64,000 nt of DNA from an uncultured Chloroflexia bacterium (GTDB taxonomy: Bacteria > Chloroflexota > Chloroflexia > Thermomicrobiales > UBA6265), in assembly GCA_963724295.1 (NCBI GenBank), contig CAVRUC010000004.1:256001-320000 (forward strand), given 5' to 3'. The position numbers were made by a program, and so were the translations under genes. This document shows, piece after piece, positions 48,600 through 58,291 of this stretch. Every line of letters begins with the position of its first letter. Position 1 is the first letter of the stretch. Below the pieces are notes generated by a model. That model saw nothing but the letters and a program-made list of their open reading frames with translations. It made no database searches and was not told the origin of the DNA.

Positions 48600-51065
48600 A
48601 TGGCGTATAGATACAGTTCCAGCACGAACGGCAATCATCGCACCGTCAGCCGCACCAGCCTGCTACGTGGCCGCAGATCCTCCGGGGGCCGGCGCAAGAC
48701 GCTTCCACCGCACTTGCTTCCGGGCGTGGCCCGTCGCAGGTCCACCGCCGGCAAGGTGATCGGTGTGTTGGCGGGCCTTGCCGTCGCGTTTTTCCTCGTC
48801 TTTGCCGTCACCGTGGTTGCCGGCGCACTTTCGACGGCAGCCGCGGTGGCCGCGACGGTCCAGCAGTATCAGGAGATCAACGGGAGCCTGCCGAACGCGG
48901 CTAAAGTCTCCGCGGACGTCTTCCAGACAACCCGCATTCTCGATCGCAACGGTGTTCTCTTGCAGGAGATTGCCGATCAGGACTACGGCTGGCGCACGTT
49001 CGTCCCCTTCGAAAAGATCTCACCCTATCTGATCGAGGCCACCATTGCCTCCGAGGACGCCACCTTCTGGAGTCACGAAGGTGTCGAGCCGTACGCGATC
49101 GCCCGGGGCGCGATCATCATCGCCGGTGGCGAGGGATCATCCGGCGGCTCGACCATCACCCAGCAGCTCGTGCGCTCGGTGCATCCCGAGGCGATTGGCG
49201 CCGAGGTGTCGATCCAGCGCAAGTGGCGCGAGGGATTGGCGGCCATCGCGCTCGAGCGTCAATTCTCGAAGCACGACATCCTCACCATGTATCTCAATCA
49301 GATTTTTTACGGTAACCGCTCGTACGGCATCGAGGCGGCCGCCCAGACCTACTTCCACAAGTCGGCCGCTGAGCTGAACCTGTCCGAGGCATCGCTACTC
49401 GCCGGGATTCCCCAGCAGCCGACCAACTTCAACCCGGCGCTCTTTCCGGACAACGCCCATCGCCGGCAGAAATACGTCCTCGATCAGATGGTCAAGCTCG
49501 GCTACGTCACGCGCGCCGAGGCCAACGAGGCCTATGCGAACTGGCCAACCGTCTACCCCGCCCGTGATGGCGACGGAGCCGTCCTCGACCACCCGCATTT
49601 CGTCGAGTACGTGAAGCTCTATCTGGCCGAGAAGTACCCCGACAAAGACTTCACCAAGGGCGGGTTCAATATCTACACGACGATTGATACGGCATTGCAG
49701 GACCGCGCCGAGGAGCTCGTTGCCCAAAACGTCCAGAACCAGTTGCAGTACTACAACGCCCAGAATGCGGCGCTCACGATCGTGGTTCCCTGGAGTGGCG
49801 AAATCCTCGCTATGGTCGGATCGGCCGATTTCAACAATGCGGCGATCGAGGGGCAGGTCAACATCACCACCTCTGCCCAGCAGCCGGGGTCGGCCATCAA
49901 GCCGGTCGTCTACGCCGCGGCCTTCGAGCAGGGCTGGACCCCCGGTACCGTCGTTCTCGACGCGCCGATCAGGATCGAGACGCCGGGCGCGACTGATCCG
50001 GTAACCGGTGAGGATGTGCCCTTCTACGAGCCGCAGAACTACATGCGCAACTTCAATGGCGCCGTCACCGTGCGTACGGCGCTGGCCAACTCACTCAATA
50101 TCCCGGCGGTGAAGGCGGTCGAGTTCGCGGGGGGAGCCGAGGCGATTGTCGCCATGGCCCGGCGCATGGGCATCAAGCACGAGCTCGCACAGCCGCCGGC
50201 GGACTACGGGCTCTCCATTGCTCTCGGCTCGGGCGACGTCTGGCCACTGGAATTGACCAGTGCCTACTCCACGATCGCCAACATGGGCAAATATGTCCCG
50301 GTGACGCCGGTCCTGAAGATCACCGACAGCGAGGACAACGTCCTCTATGAGCTCGATCGGGACAACACCCTGAAACAGGCCGAGCAGGCCATCCGGCCCG
50401 CAATCGCCTACCAGCTCATCTCCATCCTGACCGACAACGAGAGCCGGGCCATGATCTTCACCCGGCAGAATCTGTTCGGTCAGACGCAGCAGACGCTGGG
50501 ACGACCGACGGCCGCCAAATCGGGTACGACCAACGACTTCCGGGACATCTGGACGATGGGATTCACCACAGACGTCGCTATCGGCGTCTGGGTCGGGAAC
50601 ACGCGCAATGATCCGCTAGCCGAGATCGACGGCATCCAGGGCGCGGGACCGATCTGGTCGCAACTCATGATCGATATGCACACGCGCCCGGAGTTCATGC
50701 AACTGCTGCTCGGGCCAGATGGCCAACCGGTGCCCACCCAGTTCCCACGACCCGCCACCATCGTCGATGGCGCCGTCTGTGAAGCGACCGGTGGGCTTCC
50801 GATCGATGATTGGTCGAACCGCGGTGAACTGCTCGAGGTCGGAGGCGCCCCCGCGCTGCGCTGCGATCAGCTCACCCCCTGGCAGTACAAGGATCTGGCG
50901 CGTACGCTCGATCAGTTGAAAAGACGGGGCGGCAATATGGGTGGCGGAGCCGTCGATACCATCCAACGCTACGCTAGAGCGGTGCGATTCAATGAGCCGG
51001 GTAACTCCCTACCCACGTTCCCGCATCCGGCTCCACCCGAAGCACCTCGCAGCGCATCTGGATAA
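48600..51065 (+). CDS. Class A penicillin-binding protein (transglycosylase/transpeptidase)
   Basis: EDATFWSHEG, GGSTITQQL, RKWRE; SAIK, SLN, KSGT. Confidence 0.95.
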   Translation: MAYRYSSSTNGNHRTVSRTSLLRGRRSSGGRRKTLPPHLLPGVARRRSTAGKVIGVLAGLAVAFFLVFAVTVVAGALSTAAAVAATVQQYQEINGSLPNAAKVSADVFQTTRILDRNGVLLQEIADQDYGWRTFVPFEKISPYLIEATIASEDATFWSHEGVEPYAIARGAIIIAGGEGSSGGSTITQQLVRSVHPEAIGAEVSIQRKWREGLAAIALERQFSKHDILTMYLNQIFYGNRSYGIEAAAQTYFHKSAAELNLSEASLLAGIPQQPTNFNPALFPDNAHRRQKYVLDQMVKLGYVTRAEANEAYANWPTVYPARDGDGAVLDHPHFVEYVKLYLAEKYPDKDFTKGGFNIYTTIDTALQDRAEELVAQNVQNQLQYYNAQNAALTIVVPWSGEILAMVGSADFNNAAIEGQVNITTSAQQPGSAIKPVVYAAAFEQGWTPGTVVLDAPIRIETPGATDPVTGEDVPFYEPQNYMRNFNGAVTVRTALANSLNIPAVKAVEFAGGAEAIVAMARRMGIKHELAQPPADYGLSIALGSGDVWPLELTSAYSTIANMGKYVPVTPVLKITDSEDNVLYELDRDNTLKQAEQAIRPAIAYQLISILTDNESRAMIFTRQNLFGQTQQTLGRPTAAKSGTTNDFRDIWTMGFTTDVAIGVWVGNTRNDPLAEIDGIQGAGPIWSQLMIDMHTRPEFMQLLLGPDGQPVPTQFPRPATIVDGAVCEATGGLPIDDWSNRGELLEVGGAPALRCDQLTPWQYKDLARTLDQLKRRGGNMGGGAVDTIQRYARAVRFNEPGNSLPTFPHPAPPEAPRSASG

Positions 51066-51136
51066 GCGCGGCTCTTCTCAGATAGCGCGGTCACCGCGGC
51101 TGGACTGACGCCGGTCCGATTGCCCGCGCCAGGCTG

Positions 51137-51715
51137 CTACGCCGCGGCGGGGCGCCGTCCTCTCGGCCGGCCCGGGCGCTTGGTCGTCTCCCCAATCGAT
51201 CCGTCCTCGGGGACCGCCCTGCGGCGGCGGCGGGTGAGTCGCGACCGCTGCACTGTCAGCCCCTCCGGCGCCGTGACTGGCCGGTAGGGCACCGGCGACG
51301 ACAGGACGATCGTCGTCTGGCAGCGGGCGCCGGTCTCGCTCAGGTCGTCGACGATCTTCTCGAGGGTTGCCATGTCCGGCACATGGACTTTCACCAGATG
51401 GGTGGCGTCCCCCGTGGTGCGATGCACCTCGGCGACCGCCGCCTGCTGCTGCACCTGGCGGCTGAAGGCTTCGTGATGGGGCCGGTCGACCGTGGCTGCG
51501 ATCAACGCGCTGATCGGTCGCCCCAGCGCAGCCGGCGCCACGATGGCCCGGTAGCCCGAGATGACACCACGCTCCTCGAGCCGGCGCACGCGCTCGATCA
51601 TGGCCGGGCTCGAGAGGCCGACTTGCTCCGCCAGCGACTTCATCGTCAACCGGCCGTTCTCCTGCAACGCCGCAAGGATCTGCTCGTCGAGCGAATCGAC
51701 CTGATTTACCACCAT
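51137..51715 (-). CDS. Lrp/AsnC family regulator with basic C-terminal extension
   Basis: LDEQILAALQENGR...VGLSSPAMIERVRRLEERGVISGY, HRTTGD; tail KRPGRPRGRRP. Confidence 0.92.
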   Translation of the reverse strand: MVVNQVDSLDEQILAALQENGRLTMKSLAEQVGLSSPAMIERVRRLEERGVISGYRAIVAPAALGRPISALIAATVDRPHHEAFSRQVQQQAAVAEVHRTTGDATHLVKVHVPDMATLEKIVDDLSETGARCQTTIVLSSPVPYRPVTAPEGLTVQRSRLTRRRRRAVPEDGSIGETTKRPGRPRGRRPAAA

Positions 51716-51830
51716 GCTTGCCGCTCCCCACTCCCCACCCAAACCTACGGAAATGTGGTCTGTACGGACGCGTCCCTTCCCGCGTGGACCCGTAGTGCCG
51801 TCACCGGCTCGCAGCCGTAGGTATTCTGGC

Positions 51831-51859
51831 AGTCTATGCGGCTGCCACACCCCACGCAA
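51831..51859 (-). promoter_or_regulatory. Putative sigma70 promoter of the Lrp gene
   Basis: TTGCGT-N17-TAGACT on the minus strand. Confidence 0.5.
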
Positions 51860-51897
51860 GCGTTCCCTCGTCCGGACGTTCTCGCGCGAGTCGTCGC

Positions 51898-52566
51898 CTA
51901 CCGCGTTTTCGGTTGCCCATACGTGGCCAGGAACCGCTCGGTCATCCCGGGAATCAGGTCCTCAGGCACCAGGTCGGGCTCCTGACCACCATTGGCCGCG
52001 AGCGCGTGAACGTAGACCTTGGCCGACTCTTCGACGATCTCGGCGATGCCGAGCGCGGCGTCGAACGATGCCGCGAAGCAGATCAATCCGTGGTTCTTGA
52101 GGATCACGGACTTCGAGTCCGGGGTGAGAACCTCCAACACGCTCTCACCGAAATCAGGCGTCCCCGTCAATCCGTAGCGCGTCACTGGCACCCTCGGTCC
52201 TGCCACCAGACAGGTCTCGGTCAAGATCGGCGGCAGATAGGGACGAATGCACGAGACGACCGTCGAGTAGTGCGAATGCGTGTGCACAATGGCCCCGATA
52301 TCCGGCCGAGCGCGCATCACCATGGTGTGCAGCGGTGTTTCGGAGCTGGGCTTGCGACTCCCATCGACGACCTCTCCCCGGTCATCGACCACGACGACGT
52401 CGGCGGGCGTCACGGTCGGATACGGAATGCCGCTGGGTGAGATGGCGATGAGACCCGTCTCTGGGTCGCGGACGCTCATGTTGCCGGCGGTCCCGTGGAC
52501 GATGCCGCGCGCCAATGCGTCCAACCCGACCTGGACCACCTGCTTCCGTAGACCCTCGAGCAACAT
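51898..52566 (-). CDS. Class II aldolase/adducin family (fuculose-1-phosphate aldolase-like)
   Basis: GTAGNMS, PSSETPLH, HTHS, LKNHG. Confidence 0.9.
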   Translation of the reverse strand: MLLEGLRKQVVQVGLDALARGIVHGTAGNMSVRDPETGLIAISPSGIPYPTVTPADVVVVDDRGEVVDGSRKPSSETPLHTMVMRARPDIGAIVHTHSHYSTVVSCIRPYLPPILTETCLVAGPRVPVTRYGLTGTPDFGESVLEVLTPDSKSVILKNHGLICFAASFDAALGIAEIVEESAKVYVHALAANGGQEPDLVPEDLIPGMTERFLATYGQPKTR

Positions 52567-52603
52567 CCCCTGCTCTACTCCGTGACTGTCTCGCGCCACT
52601 CGC

Positions 52604-53338
52604 TCAGGCGAACTCGCTGCGGACCACCCCGCCGGGATCGATGGTCCGCAAGATCGTAAGCTCTTCCGGCGTTGGCGGGGGCGTAAGCGGTGTCTCCGGT
52701 CCCACGGCGACCGCGAACCCGGTGGCGTCCCGGAAGGCGTCCGGCGACACGCCGGGATGCAGGCTCTCGACCTCCAGCCTTGGACCGCGACGGACGAAGA
52801 TGCCAAGCGGGGTCACCACCCGGTCGACGTTTCCGGCCGCCGTCACAAAATCGAGTCGCTCGACGAAGGTCCGCCGATCGTGCTTCGTCCGCCAGAGGAT
52901 GACGCGGCGCGCCGTCGGCATCAGCATCGCGCTCCCCGCACCACCCGGCAGACGCACCGCTGGCTGCTCGTAGGAGCCGATGGCGCTGAGGTTGATCCGC
53001 CCCTCAGCATCGATCTGGACACCGCTCAGGAACGCGACGTCGAGCCTGCCGCGTGCGGACAGATCGAAGAGTTCAGCCAGCGTTACCAGGGCACGGGTCC
53101 CATGCAGCAGTGCGGGATCGACGGTCGAGACCGGCAGCCGCTCCGGTTGGGAGTCGACCGCCCCGGTGATGTTCAGGTAGGTAAGATCCGGCGCGTGCAG
53201 ATGTTTGGCCAGGAGCGTGGCGACCATCGGCAACGGCGACGCCACGCCATGAAAGACAGTCTCGCCGGAACTGAGAAGCCGCGCCATGGCCACCGCCATC
53301 ATGTCCCACGGCGCCGGGCTGACTGCTGAATCGATCAC
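52604..53338 (-). CDS. CoA-transferase family I beta subunit (GctB-like)
   Basis: LSGVQIDAEGRIN, RLPGGAG, HDRRTFVERLDFVT, HPGVS...TGF. Confidence 0.88.
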   Translation of the reverse strand: MIDSAVSPAPWDMMAVAMARLLSSGETVFHGVASPLPMVATLLAKHLHAPDLTYLNITGAVDSQPERLPVSTVDPALLHGTRALVTLAELFDLSARGRLDVAFLSGVQIDAEGRINLSAIGSYEQPAVRLPGGAGSAMLMPTARRVILWRTKHDRRTFVERLDFVTAAGNVDRVVTPLGIFVRRGPRLEVESLHPGVSPDAFRDATGFAVAVGPETPLTPPPTPEELTILRTIDPGGVVRSEFA

Positions 53339-54156
53339 GCCGGAACCGGTGTCGAGGCCAGGACATGGCTGGCGATGAAGTCGCGAGCCGTGTCCGGTTC
53401 GCGCGCCGCGGCAACCCAGGCCCCGAGGTACGCGGCGTCGTATCCGTAATGCGGCGTGCAGGAGAAGGGCCAGGCCCCTCCCGGCGCCGCGACGACGGCA
53501 TCGACCAGAAAGCTCGGAATGGCCACACTCTCCGGCGCCTCCGCGAACGCGGCCCCGTCCATGATGCGCTCCGCGGTGAGGATCACGCGCCGAGCCGCCT
53601 GAGCCATCAACACGTCCTCGAAGCGGGTCCCCAGGATGCGGCCGTTCCCGGACGCATCAGCCTCCTGGACATGGAGAATCGCTACGTCGGGAACCAGCGC
53701 TGGCACCACGTAGACATGCGCATCGGAATACGGATCGGCGACCGCCTGGAAGCCTCGTGCGGCCGGGAGATCGGAGCCCTGTAAGCCGGCCACCGGCATG
53801 AACGGAACACCCTGGATCGCCGCCCGCAGTCCGGCGATCACGGTCGCGCAGGCGTGCTCGCGCGCTTCCACCACGCCCGACTCGACGGCCTTCCGGTAGG
53901 CCGGGGCCATGCCGAACGGCGTCTCATACCCGACGAACCCCGCCGATATGGCCGCCACACACCCCGCGGCGCAAAGCAGATCGACGTCGTACGCACCGGC
54001 TGTCTTGACGATCTCCAGCCCGCGCTTCCCCTGTCGCACGATCTCATGGACGGCCGCGCCCGGTCCCCGGTGCAGCGTGTTTCCGCCGAGCGCGACTCGC
54101 GCGCCATCCGGCACAGTTGCTATGGCTTCCGCCAATGTGACTCGCTTGTCGCTCAT
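53335..54156 (-). CDS. CoA-transferase family I alpha subunit (GctA-like)
   Basis: LAEAIATVPDG, GLRAAIQGVPFMP, PDVAILHVQEADASGN, PGGAWPFS. Confidence 0.9.
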   Translation of the reverse strand: MSDKRVTLAEAIATVPDGARVALGGNTLHRGPGAAVHEIVRQGKRGLEIVKTAGAYDVDLLCAAGCVAAISAGFVGYETPFGMAPAYRKAVESGVVEAREHACATVIAGLRAAIQGVPFMPVAGLQGSDLPAARGFQAVADPYSDAHVYVVPALVPDVAILHVQEADASGNGRILGTRFEDVLMAQAARRVILTAERIMDGAAFAEAPESVAIPSFLVDAVVAAPGGAWPFSCTPHYGYDAAYLGAWVAAAREPDTARDFIASHVLASTPVPA

Positions 54157-54289
54157 CGCCCTGCTCCGTCGGTCCTTCTGTACCCGAAATCATACGGTCC
54201 CGCCGACTATCATGATCGGCTCAGGACGGTTGCGCGGGCGATACCAGCCGGGTCCAGTGCGCCCGCGGCCGACGGAGGATGCCACCGCA

Positions 54290-55904
54290 ATGCCGATGTT
54301 CCCACCCGAGGTTCACCGCTCGTATCTGACACCACTGCGCTTCCTGCAGCGCAGCGCGAGTGTCTTCCGGGAGAAGTCGGCCGTCGTCTACGGTAGCAGG
54401 ACCTGGACCTATCCCGAGTTGGCGGAGCGAGTCAACCGTCTGGCGTCCGCCCTCGATCTCGGCGGGCGTGGCGCGTGGCGATCGAGTTGCCTACATGGTG
54501 CCCAACATCCCGGCAATGCTGGAGGGCCATTTCGCTGTCCCGCTGGCCGGGGGGATTCTGGTGGCGATCAACACGCGCTTGTCGGCGCCCGAGGTGGCAT
54601 ACATCCTCGAACACTCCGGAGCCAAGGTTCTCGTCGTCGACACCGAGCTCGCGCATCTGGTGGAGCCGTCGCTGGCGAGCCTTCCCGATCTCGAGCTGGT
54701 CGTCAGCGTCGAGGACGTTCCCGGCGGCGTCCGCCTCCCCGGACCCGAGTACGAGGCATTTCTGGTCGCCGGCAACTCGGATCCGCTCGACTGGCCACTC
54801 GAAGATGAGGACGAGACGATCGCCATCGACTACACCTCAGGCACCACCGGTCGGCCCAAAGGCGTCATGTATACCCACCGGGGCGCGTACCTCAACAGCC
54901 TGGGCGAGCTGCTCGAGACCCGCATGTCGTCGGACAGTGTCTATCTCTGGACGCTGCCGATGTTCCATTGCAATGGCTGGTGCTACCCCTGGGCCGTGAC
55001 CGCCATCGGGGGTACCCACGTCTGCATGCGCAAACTGGAACCGGAAAATGTCTGGCGGCTGGTCAGGAGCGCGGGTGTCACTCACTTCTGCGCCGCCCCG
55101 ACGGTGCTGATCGCGCTCGTCAATCACCCCACCGCGCCGCGCGAGCCGCTCGACCGGCCGCTGATCATCTCCACCGCCGCCGCGCCGCCGTCGCCGACGA
55201 TCATCGCTCAGGTCGAAGCGCTTGGCGCCGAGATCATCCATGTTTACGGGCTCACCGAAGTCTACGGGCCCTACACCGTCTGCGAGTGGCAGCCGCACTG
55301 GAACCTGCTCCCCGCGGAAGAACGGGCGCGGGTGAAGGCCCGGCAGGGCGTCGGCTACCTCGTCGCCGACGATGTCCGCGTGGTCGACGACCAGATGCGA
55401 GATGTCCCCGCCGACGGCGAGACCCTGGGCGAGGTCATGATGCGCGGCAACAACACCATGAAGGGCTACTATCGCGATCCGGAAGCAACCGCGCGTGCCT
55501 TCGCCGGCGGCTGGTTCCACTCCGGGGATCTGGCGGTCATGCACCCCGACGGCTACATCGAGCTGCGTGACCGCAAGAAGGACATCATCATCTCCGGCGG
55601 AGAGAACATCTCCACCATCGAGGTCGAGCAGGCCGTCTGCGCTCACCCGGCGGTGCTAGAGGCGGCGGTTATCGGCATCCCGGACCCCTACTGGGGCGAG
55701 GTCCCGAAGGCGTTCGTCGCACTCAAGCCGGGGCAGCCGTTGAGTGACGTCGAGTTACGCGATTTCTGCCGAAAGCGACTGGCGGGATACAAGATCCCCA
55801 AAGCGATCGAGTTCGGTGAGCTGCCCAAGACCTCGACCGGCAAGGTCCAGAAGTTCGTCCTCCGCGAGCGGGAGTGGGCCGGGCAGGAAAAGCGAATCAA
55901 TTAG
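54290..55904 (+). CDS. Acyl-CoA synthetase (AMP-binding); apparent +1 frameshift at ~54457
   Basis: LTPLRFLQRS N-terminus in one frame; YTSGTTGRPKG, YGLTE, SGDL, GGENI and PKTSTGK in the next. Confidence 0.9.
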
Positions 55905-55950
55905 TCTCCGCGGGACTCGAATCGTCCCCGTTGATTCGCTGAAGCTCCGC

Positions 55951-58086
55951 TCACTCCCCACCGGGAATGTCGCCGCAGGCCACCACGTCGTCGTAGTTCT
56001 CGGCGCTACGGTGGATCGCAACCGAATGCGCGGAACCCGTCAAATCGGCCACCGGTGAGTCGATCGTCGTCACGCTGCGGCCGGAGGCGTCGAGATCCTC
56101 CAGCAGGAAGGTCGGTTCTTTCGAGGCGTCGTCGCAGGTTCCTTCATGAATGACGACGACTTCGCCACCCGACGCATCGCGCGCCACCACGGTGATCGTC
56201 GTCTGGCCCTCACGTTCGCTCAGAATCGCCAGGGCATCGATGCGTGACTCGTCTCGCTCACCTAGCCGCAGCGCGATCTCCTGGTCGCCGACCGCGCCGG
56301 CAACAGGCGTTGCCATGGACGTGGCGGGGGTCGCCTGCGCCATCGGTGTAGCGGCGGCCACGGGAGTGGCAAGCGCCACCGGCGTGGCGGGTGTGGCCGC
56401 TAGCTCAGCCGCGTCGAGGGACCAGACGGTGAAGTCTTCAAAGTGCGTGATTTCGCCGTCATAAGCATTCGCTTGATGGAATCCGGCCCCGGCCCAGACA
56501 TCAGAGGCGCCGTGGAGCTCCGATGCGTTGAGCTCGGAGACGAATACGTCGTTGACGGAGAAGCCGGCCGAGTCGCCGGCAACGACCACTTCGAGGACGT
56601 TGCGCCCGCCTTCTTCGAAACTCAACGAGGGCACGGTGCCACCGGCGAGATCGGCCTGGAGGCCGATCTGAAACTCCCAGGAGCCATCCGAGGCCACAGT
56701 CAGCCGGTAGTGGTCGCCGTTCTCCTGTTCCCGGAAGGCGATGCCGAAGTCCCACGGCCGGTCGGTAGCGTCGCTGGGATTGATGAACTCGACCCGCGCC
56801 ACGAAATCTTCGACGTCAACCCCTATCGGCACGACCGCGGCAGAACCCACTGTCTGCGCGAGATCGTCCGCTGTGGGACCCGCCAGCGGGGCTGCGGCGG
56901 TCGACGCCGCGAGAAGCTGGGGAAACGTGGTCGTGTCGACGAGGATGCTCGGCTCCAGGGCAGCTCGAGGCTCGAGCCCGGAAAGCGACCAGATCTCGAA
57001 CTCACTGAAGGCTACGGTGCCATCTTCGGTGGCATCTTCAGTGAAAAAGCCCGCTCCCACAAAGACGTCACCGCCCTCCGCGCGGGCGGAGAGATCGAGC
57101 TCACTGACGAGCCGTTCGTTGAACGCGAAGTACCCGGTATTGCCGGCCGCGACCACTTCGATCGTGTTGGAGCCGGTGGGACTGGTGTCGAAATCAACCA
57201 CTGACCCCCCGCTGATCACCTCACCCAGCCCGTCTTTCAGAAACCAGGTGCCAGCGGCATCGACGACCAGCCGCAGCTGCTCTTCGCCGCCACTGTCGCG
57301 AAAGCCGAGTCCGATGTCCCACATCTCGCGCGCTGGCTCCGGATTCGCGAATTCGGCTCGCGCGTAGAAATCCGGGGCATCGACACCGGCGCGCTCGACA
57401 GCGAGAGCGTCTGGTCCGAAGGCCAGCTCTCCGGAAAGCGGACCCGCGATGCTGGGCCGCTCCTGGGCGGCCGCCAGCCATCCGCCGTAGGCCGCCAGCG
57501 GATCGAGCGGCGCCTCCTCGGGGAGCTCGATCGTGTCGATGACCGCCTGAGCCGCTGCCAGCTCTTGCCGGAAGCCGGCCGGTTCCGTGACCAACGTGAT
57601 GATGAGCACGGCTTGACCCGGGATCAGCGTCCGGCACTCGACGTAGTCGACCAGCTCCACTTCCTGGTTGCCGATCGACAGCGTCAGGGTGAAGGCCGCC
57701 GCCGAGGAATTCGGCCCATCCGCAACGAGCTGGACACCTTCCTCATCGCGATAGGGCCGAATCTCCGAGACTCCGGTCTCCTGGGAGAGGAGGTTGGCTT
57801 CCGCCGCGACACACGCCGGGAGGTCGCCCTGGTAGCGGGTGGCGCCCTCGAAATAGAGCGAGCTGACACCGTTGAGCAAGTGGAGCCGGTCGAGGCGCTC
57901 CGGACCGACAGCGGCCAGCGTTCCCGCCGGATCCGGCTGCCACTCGGTTCCAGCCCATGAAACGCTGAATCCGTACGTCGGCGACGTCCAGCGGTCACCC
58001 TCGATCTGCGCCACGATCCCAGCCGCCGCCGACATGAGGAGGAGCACCGCGACAACCAGGGCGGAGAGGGATCGTTTGAACCGCAT
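55951..58086 (-). CDS. Large secreted multidomain protein (two repeated beta-sandwich domains, ATP-repeat linker, C-terminal SodC/CHRD-like domain)
   Basis: Signal peptide MRFKRSLSALVVAV; duplicated DF.AR.EF.NP...WD.G..FR...N..EVV..G...N...WSL; IHEGTC...IHRS...VACGDI. Confidence 0.8.
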   Translation of the reverse strand: MRFKRSLSALVVAVLLLMSAAAGIVAQIEGDRWTSPTYGFSVSWAGTEWQPDPAGTLAAVGPERLDRLHLLNGVSSLYFEGATRYQGDLPACVAAEANLLSQETGVSEIRPYRDEEGVQLVADGPNSSAAAFTLTLSIGNQEVELVDYVECRTLIPGQAVLIITLVTEPAGFRQELAAAQAVIDTIELPEEAPLDPLAAYGGWLAAAQERPSIAGPLSGELAFGPDALAVERAGVDAPDFYARAEFANPEPAREMWDIGLGFRDSGGEEQLRLVVDAAGTWFLKDGLGEVISGGSVVDFDTSPTGSNTIEVVAAGNTGYFAFNERLVSELDLSARAEGGDVFVGAGFFTEDATEDGTVAFSEFEIWSLSGLEPRAALEPSILVDTTTFPQLLAASTAAAPLAGPTADDLAQTVGSAAVVPIGVDVEDFVARVEFINPSDATDRPWDFGIAFREQENGDHYRLTVASDGSWEFQIGLQADLAGGTVPSLSFEEGGRNVLEVVVAGDSAGFSVNDVFVSELNASELHGASDVWAGAGFHQANAYDGEITHFEDFTVWSLDAAELAATPATPVALATPVAAATPMAQATPATSMATPVAGAVGDQEIALRLGERDESRIDALAILSEREGQTTITVVARDASGGEVVVIHEGTCDDASKEPTFLLEDLDASGRSVTTIDSPVADLTGSAHSVAIHRSAENYDDVVACGDIPGGE

Positions 58087-58291
58087 CGTGGACTCCTCAC
58101 GGCTTGCGGAGGCAACCTGGTGGCGCCGGCCGGCCAGAAACGTGCCTGCGAGTCTATGCGGTGGCTCCAATCCTGTCACCCGCGTACTCTCGCCCCCGAG
58201 GTCCTGGCATCGAGTCTGCTCGATCAGTCTTGCGATAATTAGCGAGTGCAAGAGGTTCAGTGGCCGGGACCCGCGTCGATAGCAGCCTGGA

